DNA of 61,948 nucleotides, the filler included, from Nemertoderma westbladi (Eukaryota > Animalia > Xenacoelomorpha), in the NCBI GenBank assembly GCA_032718475.1. It is 3 parts of 3 records of this genome, joined end to end, with 100 filler letters (N's around TTAATTAATTAA, not from the genome) between each part and the next. Parts side by side here need not be neighbours in the genome. Positions count along the whole stretch, not along the records: positions 28,908 to 53,751 come from JAUCBJ010006675.1; 2 more parts are not named here. One strand, 5' to 3'. Position numbers and translations under genes: made by a program. Each line of letters starts with the position of its first letter. Position 1 is the first letter of the stretch. This document shows positions 37,353 through 49,800 of the stretch, in pieces. A model generated the notes under the pieces. The model saw only the letters and a list, made by a program, of their open reading frames with translations. It was not told the origin of the DNA and did not search any database.

Positions 37353-37954
37353 AATTATATTGTTAGCTTTGCAGTAATTAAGCATGTGATAAAAACAATA
37401 TACGAGCGGATAGTTAAAGTTTCATTTACACGCCACAGTTTACAACCCCGTTTCTAGGTACTTGTTACCTCTATTAACTGCAATAAAGTGTTGAAGAAAT
37501 TGCACATTCAAATATTTAACATTTTAAACTTAAATTTAAATTTATGTAGAAATATGTAAAATTATGTATTTTTTTCACACAAATACGAAAAAATACTGTA
37601 ATATTTTGGTTAACCTAATATACATTGTACAACAGTACAATCATACGCTTTCTTATATACATACACAAAAACATAGAAGGTCTACAATATAGAAGGTCTA
37701 CTGTGCTATAGTAGATATAGTAGAAGGTCTACTGTGCTATAGACCCTACTGTGCTTACGAGTACTATTTTATTTTAGCAATGTTATATTTAATTATGCTT
37801 CTTATTTTTAGAACTGATAATTATGTTTTTATCACAGAGTGTTTTTTAATTTTATGTAATACAAATTTTTATCATAAGTAATATTATTATTATTACATTA
37901 TAAATTTATGATAATTCATACAGTACACGGCCTTTATAATATATTTAATATACA

Positions 37955-38092
37955 ATGGCTATGACGGTAAATACCGTTTTTCGTAAATACAAAGACCGAC
38001 TTACTTTGGAGCAGATAGAAGATTTCAAGGAATCTTTTGATCTCTTTGATGAGGATGGAAATGGATCGATTGACTTCCACGAGATGGGAAAG
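37955..38092 (+). CDS. Calmodulin/troponin C-like EF-hand protein, exon 1
   Basis: MAMTVNTVFRKYKDRLTLEQIEDFKESFDLFDEDGNGSIDFHEMGK; EF1 loop DEDGNGSIDFHE; AAG|GTAAC donor at 38093. Confidence 0.92.
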
Positions 38093-38691
38093 GTAACGTC
38101 GTTTGGGCAACTTAACATACTGTTGTTTGGGCATTAGTCTTAATTAAAAAATGGTGGAGAGGGAGAAAAAATGTAAAAAAAGCATGTGTAAAATTTTTAG
38201 AGAATTATTGTTATTTGTCAAACCCAATTTATTTATTTACATATCTAACAGAATGGAGGCCTAAATAGGAAATAAATTAGGTTGTTGTTGACTAAGTATC
38301 AGCGATACAGTGCCAGATAGGGGGTTAAAAATTAACAGCTGATTACTCTCAAAAATAAAGCTGTAACCTGTTCTATTGATTATAGGACATTGTTTTGGTT
38401 AGAATAGGTGCCGCTGAAAATCAAGTGGTTACTTTCTCAAAATGTCGTGTTTTGTGAAATATTTTTAACTGCCACAAACCCAAAGTCACAATAAGTTACA
38501 AATAAGGTTTAGTTCAATAATAATTATTTACTTATTATGTTCAGCACTAGTCTATTTTTATATATATTATTTCAATTCCTTTTATTGACTACTATAGTCG
38601 CCGGCGGGACGTGAAGTCCGGAATATGAATAAATGAAACATTCTGTATTAATTAAATTACAATAACAGAAACCAATCCGACTGTATAAGTT

Positions 38692-39472
38692 AACATCATT
38701 TACCGTAACGGATTCCGCCCACTAGGTACTAACATTATTTACCCTAACGGATTCCGCCCACTAGGTACTAACATTATTTACCCAAACGGATTCCGCCCAC
38801 TAGGTACTAACATTATTTACCCAAACGGATTCCACCCACTAGGTACTAACATTATTTACCGTAACGGATTCCGCCCACTAGGTACTAACATTATTTACCC
38901 AAACGGATTCCGCCCACTAGGTACTAACATTATTTACCCAAACGGATTCCGCCCACTAGGTACTAACATTATTTACCCAAACGGATTCCGCCCACTAGGT
39001 ACTAACATTATTTACCCAAACGGATTCCGCCCACTAGGTACTAACATTATTTACCCAAACGGATTCCTCCCACTAGGTACTAACATTATTTACCCAAACG
39101 GATTCCGCCCACTAGGTACTAACATTATTTACCCAAACGGATTCCGCCCACTAGGTACTAACATTATTTACCCAAACGGATTCCGCCCACTAGGTACTAA
39201 CATTATTTACCCTAACGGATTCCGCCCACTAGGTACTAACATTATTTACCCTAACGGATTCCGCCCACTAGGTACTAACATTATTTACCGTAACGGATTC
39301 CGCCCACTAGGTACTAACATTATTTACCCTAACGGATTCCGCCCACTAGGTACTAACATTATTTACCCAAACGGATTCCGCCCACTAGGTACTAACATTA
39401 TTTACCCTAACGGATTCCGCCCACTAGGTACTAACATTATTTACCCTAACGGATTCCGCCCACTAGGTACTA
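38692..39472 (+). repeat. 39-bp tandem repeat x20 comprising the intron-1 3' splice site
   Basis: Unit GGATTCCGCCCACTAG|GTACTAACATTATTTACC(C/G)(A/T)AAC; first at 38710, last at 39451 (741/39 = 19 intervals); the last unit runs into exon 2. Confidence 0.97.
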
Positions 39473-39643
39473 GAGTCGATGGGACACAAACCTACTGATG
39501 ATGATATCAGAAACATGATGAGGGAAGTTGATACTAACGGGGACGGCAGTGTGGACTTTGACGAATTCTGCGTGATGATGATGACGAGGCACGCAGAGTT
39601 TAGTCATGACAGTCTCGACGAGGAACTACTAGAAGCCTTCAAG
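39467..39643 (+). CDS. Calmodulin/troponin C-like EF-hand protein, exon 2
   Basis: VLESMGHKPTDDDIRNMMREVDTNGDGSVDFDEFCVMMMTRHAEFSHDSLDEELLEAFK; EF2 loop DTNGDGSVDFDE; phase 0 at both ends; AAG|GTTCGT donor. Confidence 0.92.
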
Positions 39644-40512
39644 GTTCGTTCCATTTACATTAGATGTAACTAACATAATAAATGTATACAAATAATTATA
39701 ACGATTTATTGCACAGTACATAAAATAGACTTTATTACCCGCTTTTGTCTCAAGATCTTATATTTCCCGAGTGAGTGAATCGAGTCAGAAAGGTCAGAAA
39801 GCAAGATCGGGAGACCTGAAAGTAAGTAAAGTGTTTATTATATGTAAAAGGAAAATACAATAATATATATATTATGTCAGACACAACGTCTGCTTATGTA
39901 GATAGTTAACTGTAGTTAGGGCAAAAATAACGATATCAAATAATTTTAAATGATAATTTTAAACAGCCCTGAAATATTAAAAATATTAATACTGTAATTA
40001 AATGAACTATAATGAAAAAGAACGATAAGTTTAGAAAAATAATATTGTTGTTCAAAAACATAGTGTACAACAAGCATGGACTCGTATGAAAATGTACGGC
40101 CCTAGGGTAAGGGGGGGGGGGGGGGGGTGTGTGGGGTTCAAGTAATTCAATTAGAGTAGGCGAAGTTAAATGGAAGTGGTGTTGTCGTTAAGTGAGGAGT
40201 TTTAAAATAATAAACCCTCCCTTAACAACCACAATTTATTTGATTCCTTTCTGTAGATTAACATGTAATGCCATTGTTATCAACGTATTCAATGTCATTC
40301 ACCCAATCTCTCAGTTTAGGATCTAATTGCTAGAGTAGGCCTATTTATGTTAACGAGATAATAAAGCAATAACACATCTGGTGTCTGTCTATTAAATACT
40401 GTAGAAAAAAAGCTTATGTTTAAGCGTATACACATTGATATTCGCCTATTAATATATACGCCTATATATTAACACCAATTCATATTCTACCTGTATTGAC
40501 CGACTCCATCAG

Positions 40513-40686
40513 GTGTTTGACAGAGACCGCGACGGTTATATCAACCACAAAGAACTCAAAGCAGTATTACGTAGACTGGGAGACGCGTCAACCGATGAAG
40601 AGATCACAGATATGATCGCGGAAGTCAGCCAAAGAAATGACAACAGAGTATCGTTGGAAGAATTCAAACTATTAATGAGCGAGTAG
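40513..40686 (+). CDS. Calmodulin/troponin C-like EF-hand protein, exon 3 (terminal)
   Basis: CAG acceptor; VFDRDRDGYINHKELKAVLRRLGDASTDEEITDMIAEVSQRNDNRVSLEEFKLLMSE*; EF3 canonical, EF4 degenerate. Confidence 0.92.
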   Translation: MFDRDRDGYINHKELKAVLRRLGDASTDEEITDMIAEVSQRNDNRVSLEEFKLLMSE

Positions 40687-40709
40687 GGCGCGAGAGGAAC
40701 TATGTTCAT

Positions 40710-40720
40710 AAATAAATAAA
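40710..40720 (+). terminator. Putative polyadenylation signal of the EF-hand gene
   Basis: Overlapping AATAAA motifs ~25 nt after the stop codon. Confidence 0.5.
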
Positions 40721-42909
40721 CTACTTAAACTATAATCTACAGAGGCTATCATTGGATTACTCATCATTTATCATCAATTATTCGTAGTGTTGTTTTGGTC
40801 GTAGCTTTAGGTATGTACCAATAATTTATGTATTACTGAAATACAGTATAGTTGATTTGGTAGACAATATTGTGTACGAACCTAAGATCTTAAAAAAAGG
40901 CCCCCAGGTATTATTTTTTATTCCTTTCCGGTTTACAAATAAAACTGCAACTATTTTAGAAAACACAATATTTATGATTGTTGAAATCTGTTCAAAATCT
41001 TCTAAAGATATAGTAGATTCATTTTGGGTGGACTATATTGAATTGTAATATTTTCCAAAAAATTCATTTTTGAAGCGCCTTAGCGGCCAGAGCCTAAATT
41101 TACATTTTTGACTTAAAATGCTACTCCTTGGTTAAGCTTATTTACTTTCAATATTTGTGACCTGTATTTGTGGAATCAGCATCGTCGATTACGTAAAAAA
41201 AATTGGGCAGAATTTTTGTTTCGTACTTTTCAAAAAAAAATACCGCTATTTTGCAAACAAATATTCAAATTTTATTTTTCGTAAAAAATGTTAAAAACAG
41301 ATGAATAATTGCAAAACTAAAAAATCTGCTCGAATTTTATTATTGCGCCTACAGTACTAGTAGCTTTCATTTGATACCAAAAAGTTACAAATTGGTTGAG
41401 AAATGGCGGAGGAGTAGTGCTTTAAAAATGAAAAATATCTTTCTGAGATAATTGCCTTTAAAGTTTGAACCTTCCCGCGCAAAAATTGTCGATTTTTGCT
41501 ACGGAGGTTTTCCTGGTGGCTAATTTCATTTCTGAGGTCAGATTGCACTTTTAATGAAATCAAATTAGTCTGTTTGTCTGTCTGTCTGTTTTTCTAACTA
41601 TCCGACAATCTGTCCGTCAAATATAAGAAAATGGCACACCATCCAGATAAAAGTTTAGTTATAGGGGTTTTCCTGAATACATGAATATACAGATTCAGTA
41701 CAGTACACTCACCCGGCTGATGATAACCAGAAGTTTGAAACCTAGGTACCGGGTTTGAGCCCCAATCGGGCCGGTTGATATTTTTCATTATGGAGAGCAT
41801 TATCATATTGTCCTATTTACATTATATATTTAATAACCAATTCGCATAACTTAGCCGATGAAATTTAGCAGAAAATACATTTTCGTACAAGTCACATACT
41901 TTACATTTCTTTGCAAGGCTAGTATTCAGTTTTGAATAGACGAATCCAAAACAATGTTGCTCTTAACTGTTTCCCACGTAATTTTTTTGATTAAAAAACA
42001 AACAATTTCGTATTTCAAAGGGTGATGTAACATTTATGCAGTTAAAATTCAGAATTCCGTGCAAATGTCCCGTACTAGCCAGAAGTCAGACCGACAGACA
42101 GACAACGGCGGTACGCGGTAACCAAGCTCGCTTACTTCGTCGCCCGCCTCATATTTGTAAAGACCCTAATCCGTCTACAGTTCTCCAGTCTGCCGCTACA
42201 GTGGAACAGTGTCTAAAAGTGAAAACTTCCCTCAATAGTTTTGTCTCCATTCCGTTCAAGGTGAAACTTGGCAGATATTTTGTGGGGCGAGCCACGCTGT
42301 TATTCGTTACTGTGGTAACTAACTGAAACATTGGATGGAAAGGTAAACCCATAGTAACCCATGGTATATTCCTGGACATGGTATATTATCGTCTACTAGT
42401 ACATAGTCTGAGCGCGGAATTTCTAAAAGATTTGGGTTTAGGATATTCATATTAGGTATATTTCGGTTATTGTAATGTACACTGCAACGATTGTATTATA
42501 AAAGTAAATTTCATTATGTAAAAAACACATGCACTAACTAACAATAAATTCAGATAAAATATTATGTTTAAATATTGAAAATATTGAGGAAAAACTACAA
42601 AGAAAACGAAACATAATAATAAAATTGGTAATAACAACACAATACATGAATAGGTTTTTGTGCACACAGTTCACAAAATAGCGAAATATCGTAAAATTAG
42701 TTATTAAAATAAACATAAACTAATAAAGTATTCACAATATAATCGCCAAATATAATTTAAAGATATTCAAATAGTTAATAGTTCTATCACAATCAATACG
42801 GAAGACCTTATTATTATTGTTATGGTTTTTATTAGAAAATGAAAATATCGTAAACTCTTTAGGTAGAGAAGGATGCATGACCTACTAAATATATATAGTA
42901 GGTCATGAT

Positions 42910-43390
42910 CTAGGATCGGCATGCTGCATTGCAGCTGCATTTTTAAGAATGCTGTGCCGGCTTATCGACAAAATTGCACCGCCACAACTCCCTATCACCC
43001 ATGACATTTGCTAGATCATCCGCATCTTCAAGGCCAGTGTCCTTTAAGATGCGTCTCAAGAAAGTCATGGGCTGTCCACCATGCTTATTCACTTCATGAG
43101 GCTGCCAAAGTACAAGATTATGCACTGGCTGGTCCTCATGGCGAAAGCAATGTCCTGCAAAGCGGAGGCGATTTTGTTCTAGTGTCAAGCTTGGGGGAAC
43201 CAATGAGACACCTCCAATGTTATATAGTGTCTGGTTGGAGATGTGTGCATTGAACTTGACACAATGAACCCGGCGTAGCATTCTTGTGAATGTGCCATCC
43301 AGAGATTTGGTGTCCTCAGCAGTTAGAGCCCAGCATGGACTCCCATAGAGGAGTACTGGAACTACTGATGCTCTAAATAACCGGACCTTG
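42910..43390 (-). mobile_element. 5'-truncated RTE-like LINE, second copy
   Basis: ORF 42943-43398 nearly identical to the C-terminal part of 29875-30588; flanked by a 41-bp direct repeat (42868-42908 and 43404-43444). Confidence 0.9.
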
Positions 43391-43925
43391 ACGAACAACG
43401 GATGAAGGATGCATGACCTACTAAATATATATAGTAGGTCATGAAGGATGCATGACCTACTAAATATATATAGTAGGTCATGAAGGATGCAAATAAAAAG
43501 TAGTTTTTTCTCATTTCTACTGCGGTTGACTATTTACGGCCTGTTGGAATTCAGTTAGAGTCTATATGGAAGGTCGTGTAGGAGTTAGGCCTGTTGAACC
43601 GATAACAAATAAACATATCGAATCAGCTATTAAAGACAACTCCGATTGGGTGAGGGGGGCAAGTGATCCCTACACACATGATTACGGAGGGTTTCTCGGC
43701 CAATAATAATTCATTACATGAGGAGGATGACCCGTTCTATTAATCAAATAATTCCATTTTCGAATAAAATAAAATACTGAGAGTCATAATCCATCACTTA
43801 ATAATATTAAAGTCCTCGCATCTATTAAAAATTTATTAAAATCCTCACACTGACTCTCGGATAATAAGACGCGTGCGTCACCTTGTAATCTTATAAAGTG
43901 CTAGATTATAAGACTTCAAGTAAAT

Positions 43926-45384
43926 TTAATACCTTAAAGTTTTATGCATTGAGAGATCAATTGGATATGAGTCCAGACAGTCCAACGATGTAACCTTAGC
44001 AACACTTAAATCAATTGGCCTGAATATTTGACCAACACCCCCGTCAGACATATCTGGGTTATAGTTATCCGACATCTGTTTCGTGATGTTATATAATGGC
44101 GCTTCAATAGATTCTATTCGGGCAACTTGGTATTTTGGAGTTGAACTCATCGGGAATATAGCTGACACGTTAATATCGCTGCCACTAAAAGTATGCAGTG
44201 TGGCGCGGTTTTCCATTCCCTGGGAGTGGCCCATTCTACCACCAAGAGTTAGTGGTGATCCATTAATGCGACCCACTGGAGGCTGAAGCGACCCGATCGC
44301 TCTCCCTGCTGACTGCAACGACCGGATTGCCCCATCCAATAACGACCCCATTGAATCTCCAGCTGCTTGGAGTTGGCCCAATCTCCCATCCGTAGTTTGT
44401 AATGGCCCCATGGCGTGTAATGACCCAACCACACTTCCAACAGATTGTAACTGCCCCGATCCAACGGGGAATTGTCCCACACCTCCACTAAAAGTTTGTA
44501 TTTGTCCCACACCATCTCCTAAGGGTTGTAGTTGCCCCACACCACCACCTATGGCGGATAATTGCTCTACTGCACCTCCTACAGATTGTAATTGTCCCAC
44601 GGTTTGTAATTGTCCCACTGCACCAGCTAGAAAGGGTAATTGTCCCACAGGACATCCCAACCCAACACCAGCGCCACCCATTGCATGAAATGGTCCCAAA
44701 TCCGCACCCATTGTCTGTAATTGTGCCACATCCCCACCCAATGTCTGTAATTGTCCCAAACCACCGCAGATTAACGGAAATTGTCCTACGCCACGGGCGA
44801 CTGACTGGGGCGAGCCCGTTATACCGCTTGCTGGAGGTGGTTCGGTTTTGGAGTAAGGAGTAAACGAGTTCTGCTGCTGTCCTACTTCCTTTAAACCACT
44901 TGTAGCAGCGAGTTTCGCCAACGAATCCAAAACCAGTGGCATAAAAACAACGTCCAACCCTCCGTATGTCGATGTGTTTGTTACACCCATCGCGCCACAG
45001 GATGATGTTTGAGTTACTTGAGCAGCGGCCTTTTGCGCGCAATGAATTCCTGCGAGTTGAGTGAGTCTAGAAGCGAATATCTGACTGGGGATAACGGGGG
45101 TCACATTCGGAGTCCCCCCTCGTTCCAACTCGCGCTCCATCTTGACAACATTGTGGCCGCGTTTGCGACATTTCGCGTCGTTATTAACGTTGTCGGTGAC
45201 CACTTGTCCGATTTCCAGCGGCGATGACAAGCCGTGTTTACGTTTGGCGTGACGTTCGCAGTTCGCCTTAGTGGTAAATGCGAACTCGCAACGGCCGCAT
45301 TTGTAAGGTCGTTCCCCGCTGTGGGTCCGCATATGGCGTACTAGAGTGGACTTGTCGCAAGTTGTGTAGCTGCAAAGCATACAT
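43926..45384 (-). CDS. RREB1: RREB1/hindsight-like C2H2 zinc-finger protein, terminal exon
   Basis: TAG acceptor at 45385-45387; CMLCSYTTCDKSTLVRHMRTHSGERPYKCGRCEFAFTTKANCERHAKRKH carries the DKSTLVRH and FTTKANCERH fingers characteristic of RREB1/Hnt; two PIDLS CtBP-binding motifs near the C-terminus; upstream exons not found. Confidence 0.8.
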
Positions 45385-46727
45385 CTAGGGATGGAAATTA
45401 AAAACGTATTATTTTTCTGTGTCCATCTTCTACTTCTTTAAACTAACCGGTAATTTCCGTTTTTCATTGTGTCCTTCTGTGAACTAACGGGTTAAATTCA
45501 CAAAAAGTGGCCAAAACTAAACCAAAACAGTAGAAACGCCGTAACTTTTGACTTCCTCGATCATTTCCAATAATTTATATCTTAAAATGACCGGTATTTT
45601 TTGGTGTTATTGAACACAATTGTTTTGCAACGCTACCTTGTATTATTTAATTTTTCAGAATCTCTGTGCGAATTCGAAAAAACACAGATTTTTCAGTTAA
45701 GACACTCAATACATTAGTTAAAGGCAATTAATTTGTATAATGTTAACGAACCGTCAGTTATGTTGATATCTATATACCATTTGAACGAGCATAAAATTAT
45801 GCAGAAGCTAATATATTATTTATTGTTGTCCAATGTATCTATCTGTACGTCTCTCAGTACGAATAAGCATTAGACAATTTTATTGTTTTTTTGTGTCCGC
45901 CTGTAATGGACCTGGTTAACTATGATGTACAGCTCTAATCATAAAAACCTGGAGCAATAGGCTGCCACTGGAGAGCCAAAGGCTCGACAGAGTCTTATGA
46001 GGAATAAATAATGCAGCCTTTTTAACGGAACTTAGCAAACTAAAATAAACACCAAAGTAAAACCTCATAAGATAGCATTATATAGAACCCCCTCGGAAGT
46101 AGGCACTTTGCTTTGATCTTTTTTAGGTCGATTTTTAAAGGATTTTTCCAGGAGAATGGCGAAAGCTAGAACGATTCTGTTTGCGCGATCTTATAGATGT
46201 CCCGAGCGCGCACAGCAGAGAAATATTTGGCAAAAATCTGTTAATTAATTAATTAGTAATTAGCGATTAAATATTTCTAATTGATTTTTCTCGAAAAGTA
46301 TTTGGTTTTTCCCCTAGCAACGGTGTTTTTTTTTTGTTCATCTCGGTAAGATCTAAAAAAAGTTCAGTCATCGCTATGGCCCTCCTATTACTGTTAATTA
46401 GTACTAATTAGCCGAAAACTAATTAGCGTCGTAACTCGAAAACACGTAAGAGCTATGAAAAAACGTAACATCACAAAGTTGTTCGGAATTTTATTCTACA
46501 CAAAAAAGTCTCTGGCTCCGATGTCGTATCTCCTACCGTTAATTAGTAATTAACTAATTACTTAATTACCTAATTGGCGGGGGGGCTTTGCCCCCCCCCC
46601 CCCCGCCCCCCAAATCCTTATTCACAAGGTGTATCAAAACAGTTTACTATTTTACAAATGATAATTACTCTAAAATCTTTTGAATCGAACTAATTAACGA
46701 TTTTACTCATTAGTAAAGTTTTTACAC

Positions 46728-46830
46728 ATCAGTTTCCAATCACTAGTTACCAATTTCAGTTTCCGATTACCAATTTCAGTCCCCGGTTACCAATTTCAGT
46801 CATCGGTTACAAATTTCAGTCACTGGTTGC
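46728..46830. repeat. Short ~20-bp tandem repeat (TTACCAATTTCAGT core) at the point where the BEL integrase is cut off
   Basis: 4-5 visible copies directly after ...SPWRGGSWE. Confidence 0.75.
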
Positions 46831-49800
46831 TCCCAGCTACCGCCCCTCCATGGGCTGTCTGGTGGGTTAAATCTCCATGCAATGCGTCGAGGTAGCAACT
46901 CTTTCTCAATCTGCTCGTTATCGATTTTGTTCAACGATCTATTTATTTCATTGTTTCCACCAACAAAGTTTGACCCTTTGTCAGAATAGAATGCCTTGAC
47001 CAATCCTCGTCTACCAATAAATCTACGTAATGCTAATATGAATGAGTTGGTAGACATGTCGGCTACTCGCTCTATATGTATGGCTCGACTCGCCATACAT
47101 ATAAAAATAACCCCCCACCTCTTTATCATACTGCGACCCCTTTTTGTTTCGATGGGACCAAAACAGTCTAGGCCAGTGTGTGTGAATGGTGGTTGATGGC
47201 TCTGTACGCGCGCTAATGGTAAGTCACTCATCTCCTGTTTCCCAACTCTGGCTTGTAGTTTCTTACAAGTTATACAATGATCTAGTACAGACTTGAGTGC
47301 GTTATTTGGTTTCAATAACACAAAACGCTGTCTTACCTGCGACAAACAATGAGATCTACCAGAGTGTTTGAGTTTCATGTGAGCATCGAGAATCATTGAA
47401 CTCTGTAGTTCCAAATGGTGTGGAATCATGATTGGATACAAGTAATCAGTTCTTAGATCTGCCGCTTGGAGGCGGGATTTGTGGCAAATAAGACCTCTAT
47501 GAATAGTGGGACTCCACTTTGTAAGGGGTGATGACGTCACAGGTCGTCTACTAGCGATTAACTGATATTCGCGACTAAATTCACGTTGCTGAAAATGTTT
47601 TATTATATCCAATTCCGATCTGTCTACTTCCTCTATACTCAATCGTTTTATGTTTACTTAGGTATGCTTGTCTGTCAGCTAGAAAAATTACATAACGGCG
47701 TAACCAGGCCATCTTACGACAAGCGTCTGTCCAAGAAGATGTGGGATTAATTATCTGATCGTAGACCCATCTTTTTGTGTCTGCAGGAAGGTCTATCGGC
47801 CGAGGTATTACTTTAGATTTATCTGGTTCCAAAATACCACTCTCATCTTTATTTTTCTGGTGTTTACTTACCAGATCTACATTTGGATTAACTTCCAAAG
47901 GTTGTCCACCATCGAAATATAGTTTCTTCTTGTCTATAGTATTTATATTAATTTCTGTAGGTTCAATATTTCTACTTGGATCATCTATATGACTGTTAAG
48001 ATCTACTGGAGTGGCGGTGGGTACATTTGGTGTAAGCTGTACCGAGTTGTTTAGGTCTATTATTACTGAGGGGAGGTCGTTATCCATTAATGGTCGGTTT
48101 CGCAACCTGCCACGCCAAAGATCATTTGGGGTAGTTTGCATAAAACAACTCTGCTCTAACCCTTTATCTAAAATGTTGTCCATCTCGGAGTCTATAACTG
48201 TTTCTTTCTTTGTTACTATTCCTGTTTCCCGACTGAGAAAATCTGCTGAAGCCTTAGCTTTAGATTTTGTAATCTTCTCGACCTTGATCTCAGCATCATT
48301 GGGTAGGGTGCCCGATTGGCAGTTGAAAATACGTGGCCAACAATCGATTGGTCTTGACAAGAAAACTGGACCATGTAACCAAAATTCTCTAACATCCGAT
48401 TGTACAAAATCTCTTGGCATCATACCTCGAGACGCCATATCCGCTGGGTTTATATTGCCAGGACAGTGTCTCCAGTCTTCTTTGAGTGATGAGTCAAGAA
48501 TCTCTGCCGTTCTATTTGTTATAAAAGTCTTAAACTGAACGTCATCTCTATTTATATAGATCAGTACTAGCGTCGCATCAGTCCAAAAAAATGTCTTCAA
48601 GTTAGTGTCCAACTCTCGCTTGATTGTCCTGGCGACTCCTACTGATATAGTGGCAGCTTGTAACTCGGCTCTAGGGTTGTTCATATATTTTGTAGGTCGA
48701 GTTTTTGCTCTAGAGTTAACGAATGAGGTTTCGAAAACTCCAGGGTTTACCTCTCTTCTAATATATGCTACCATACCTAGTCCGTTTTCGCTTGCATCAC
48801 TAAAACAGTGAAGCTCTAAAGTAGATGGAAATGTGGCTTGTCTGGGGAAGTAAACTCTGGGAATGTTCAAATTCCTTAGTTCGGGTAACTGATCCTCCCA
48901 CTTTCGCCACTCTATTGCCACATTTGAATCGATTGGCTCATCCCACTGTACTCCACTCATCCAGATTTTACGTAGGTAAATCCTCGCTTGGAGTACAACA
49001 GGACTTATAAAACATAGCGGGTCAAATAATCGACTCATTGTTGATAAACAGATGCGCTTGGTGAGCATCTTGTTTTGTGACAAGGTTCGAACACGTACCT
49101 GAAAATTATCAGTATTTGGGTCCCACACAAGACCAAGTACCTTAGCAACTGGAATAGGATCTGATCCCAACTCAATCGGACCGCTCCCACGATCTTCGAC
49201 CGGGAAAGAGGCTAATAGTTCAGGTGAATTCGACTTGAACTTGGTCAGTCGAAATCCTCCAGTTGCTAAGCATTTCTGTAGTCCATGTGCGATCTCTATT
49301 CCATTGTCTACGGAATCACAACTCACCAGTCCATCATCCATGTAAAAATCTCTAATCACGGCTAAGATAACAGCGTAATTAAAATTACCTATCTGTTTCT
49401 TTGCACACTGTTTCATAACGTATAAGCACCCATTTGGACTGTCACGGGCCCCAAATATTCTTACCAACATTTGGTAAATCACTGGGTCTCCTGATAAGTC
49501 TTCATTGGGATACCATAAAAACCGTAAGCTGTCCCGGTCGCATTCTAATGCCTGTACCTGGTGGAACATGGCTTCCACATCACACGTGAATGCCACAGTG
49601 TTCTGTCGAAACCGCATTAGTATGCCAATCAATGAATTATTCTGATTTGGGCCGTCCATCAATTCTGTATTAAGTGACTGTCCTAAGTATAGTAAACTAC
49701 AGTCGTTTACTACTCTTACCTGTCCAGGTTTTTCGGGATGTGTCACGTAATGGTGAGGTAAATAGTAGGTCTGATCTGTAGTAATCTCAGGATGCTCCAT

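Noticed and set aside
38692-39472. CRISPR array or coding repeat
   Set aside because: No spacers; in-frame TAG in every unit
44083-45227. Overlapping short ORFs, including a Cys/Pro-rich one at 44410-44688
   Set aside because: Antisense or alternate-frame shadows of the zinc-finger gene exon
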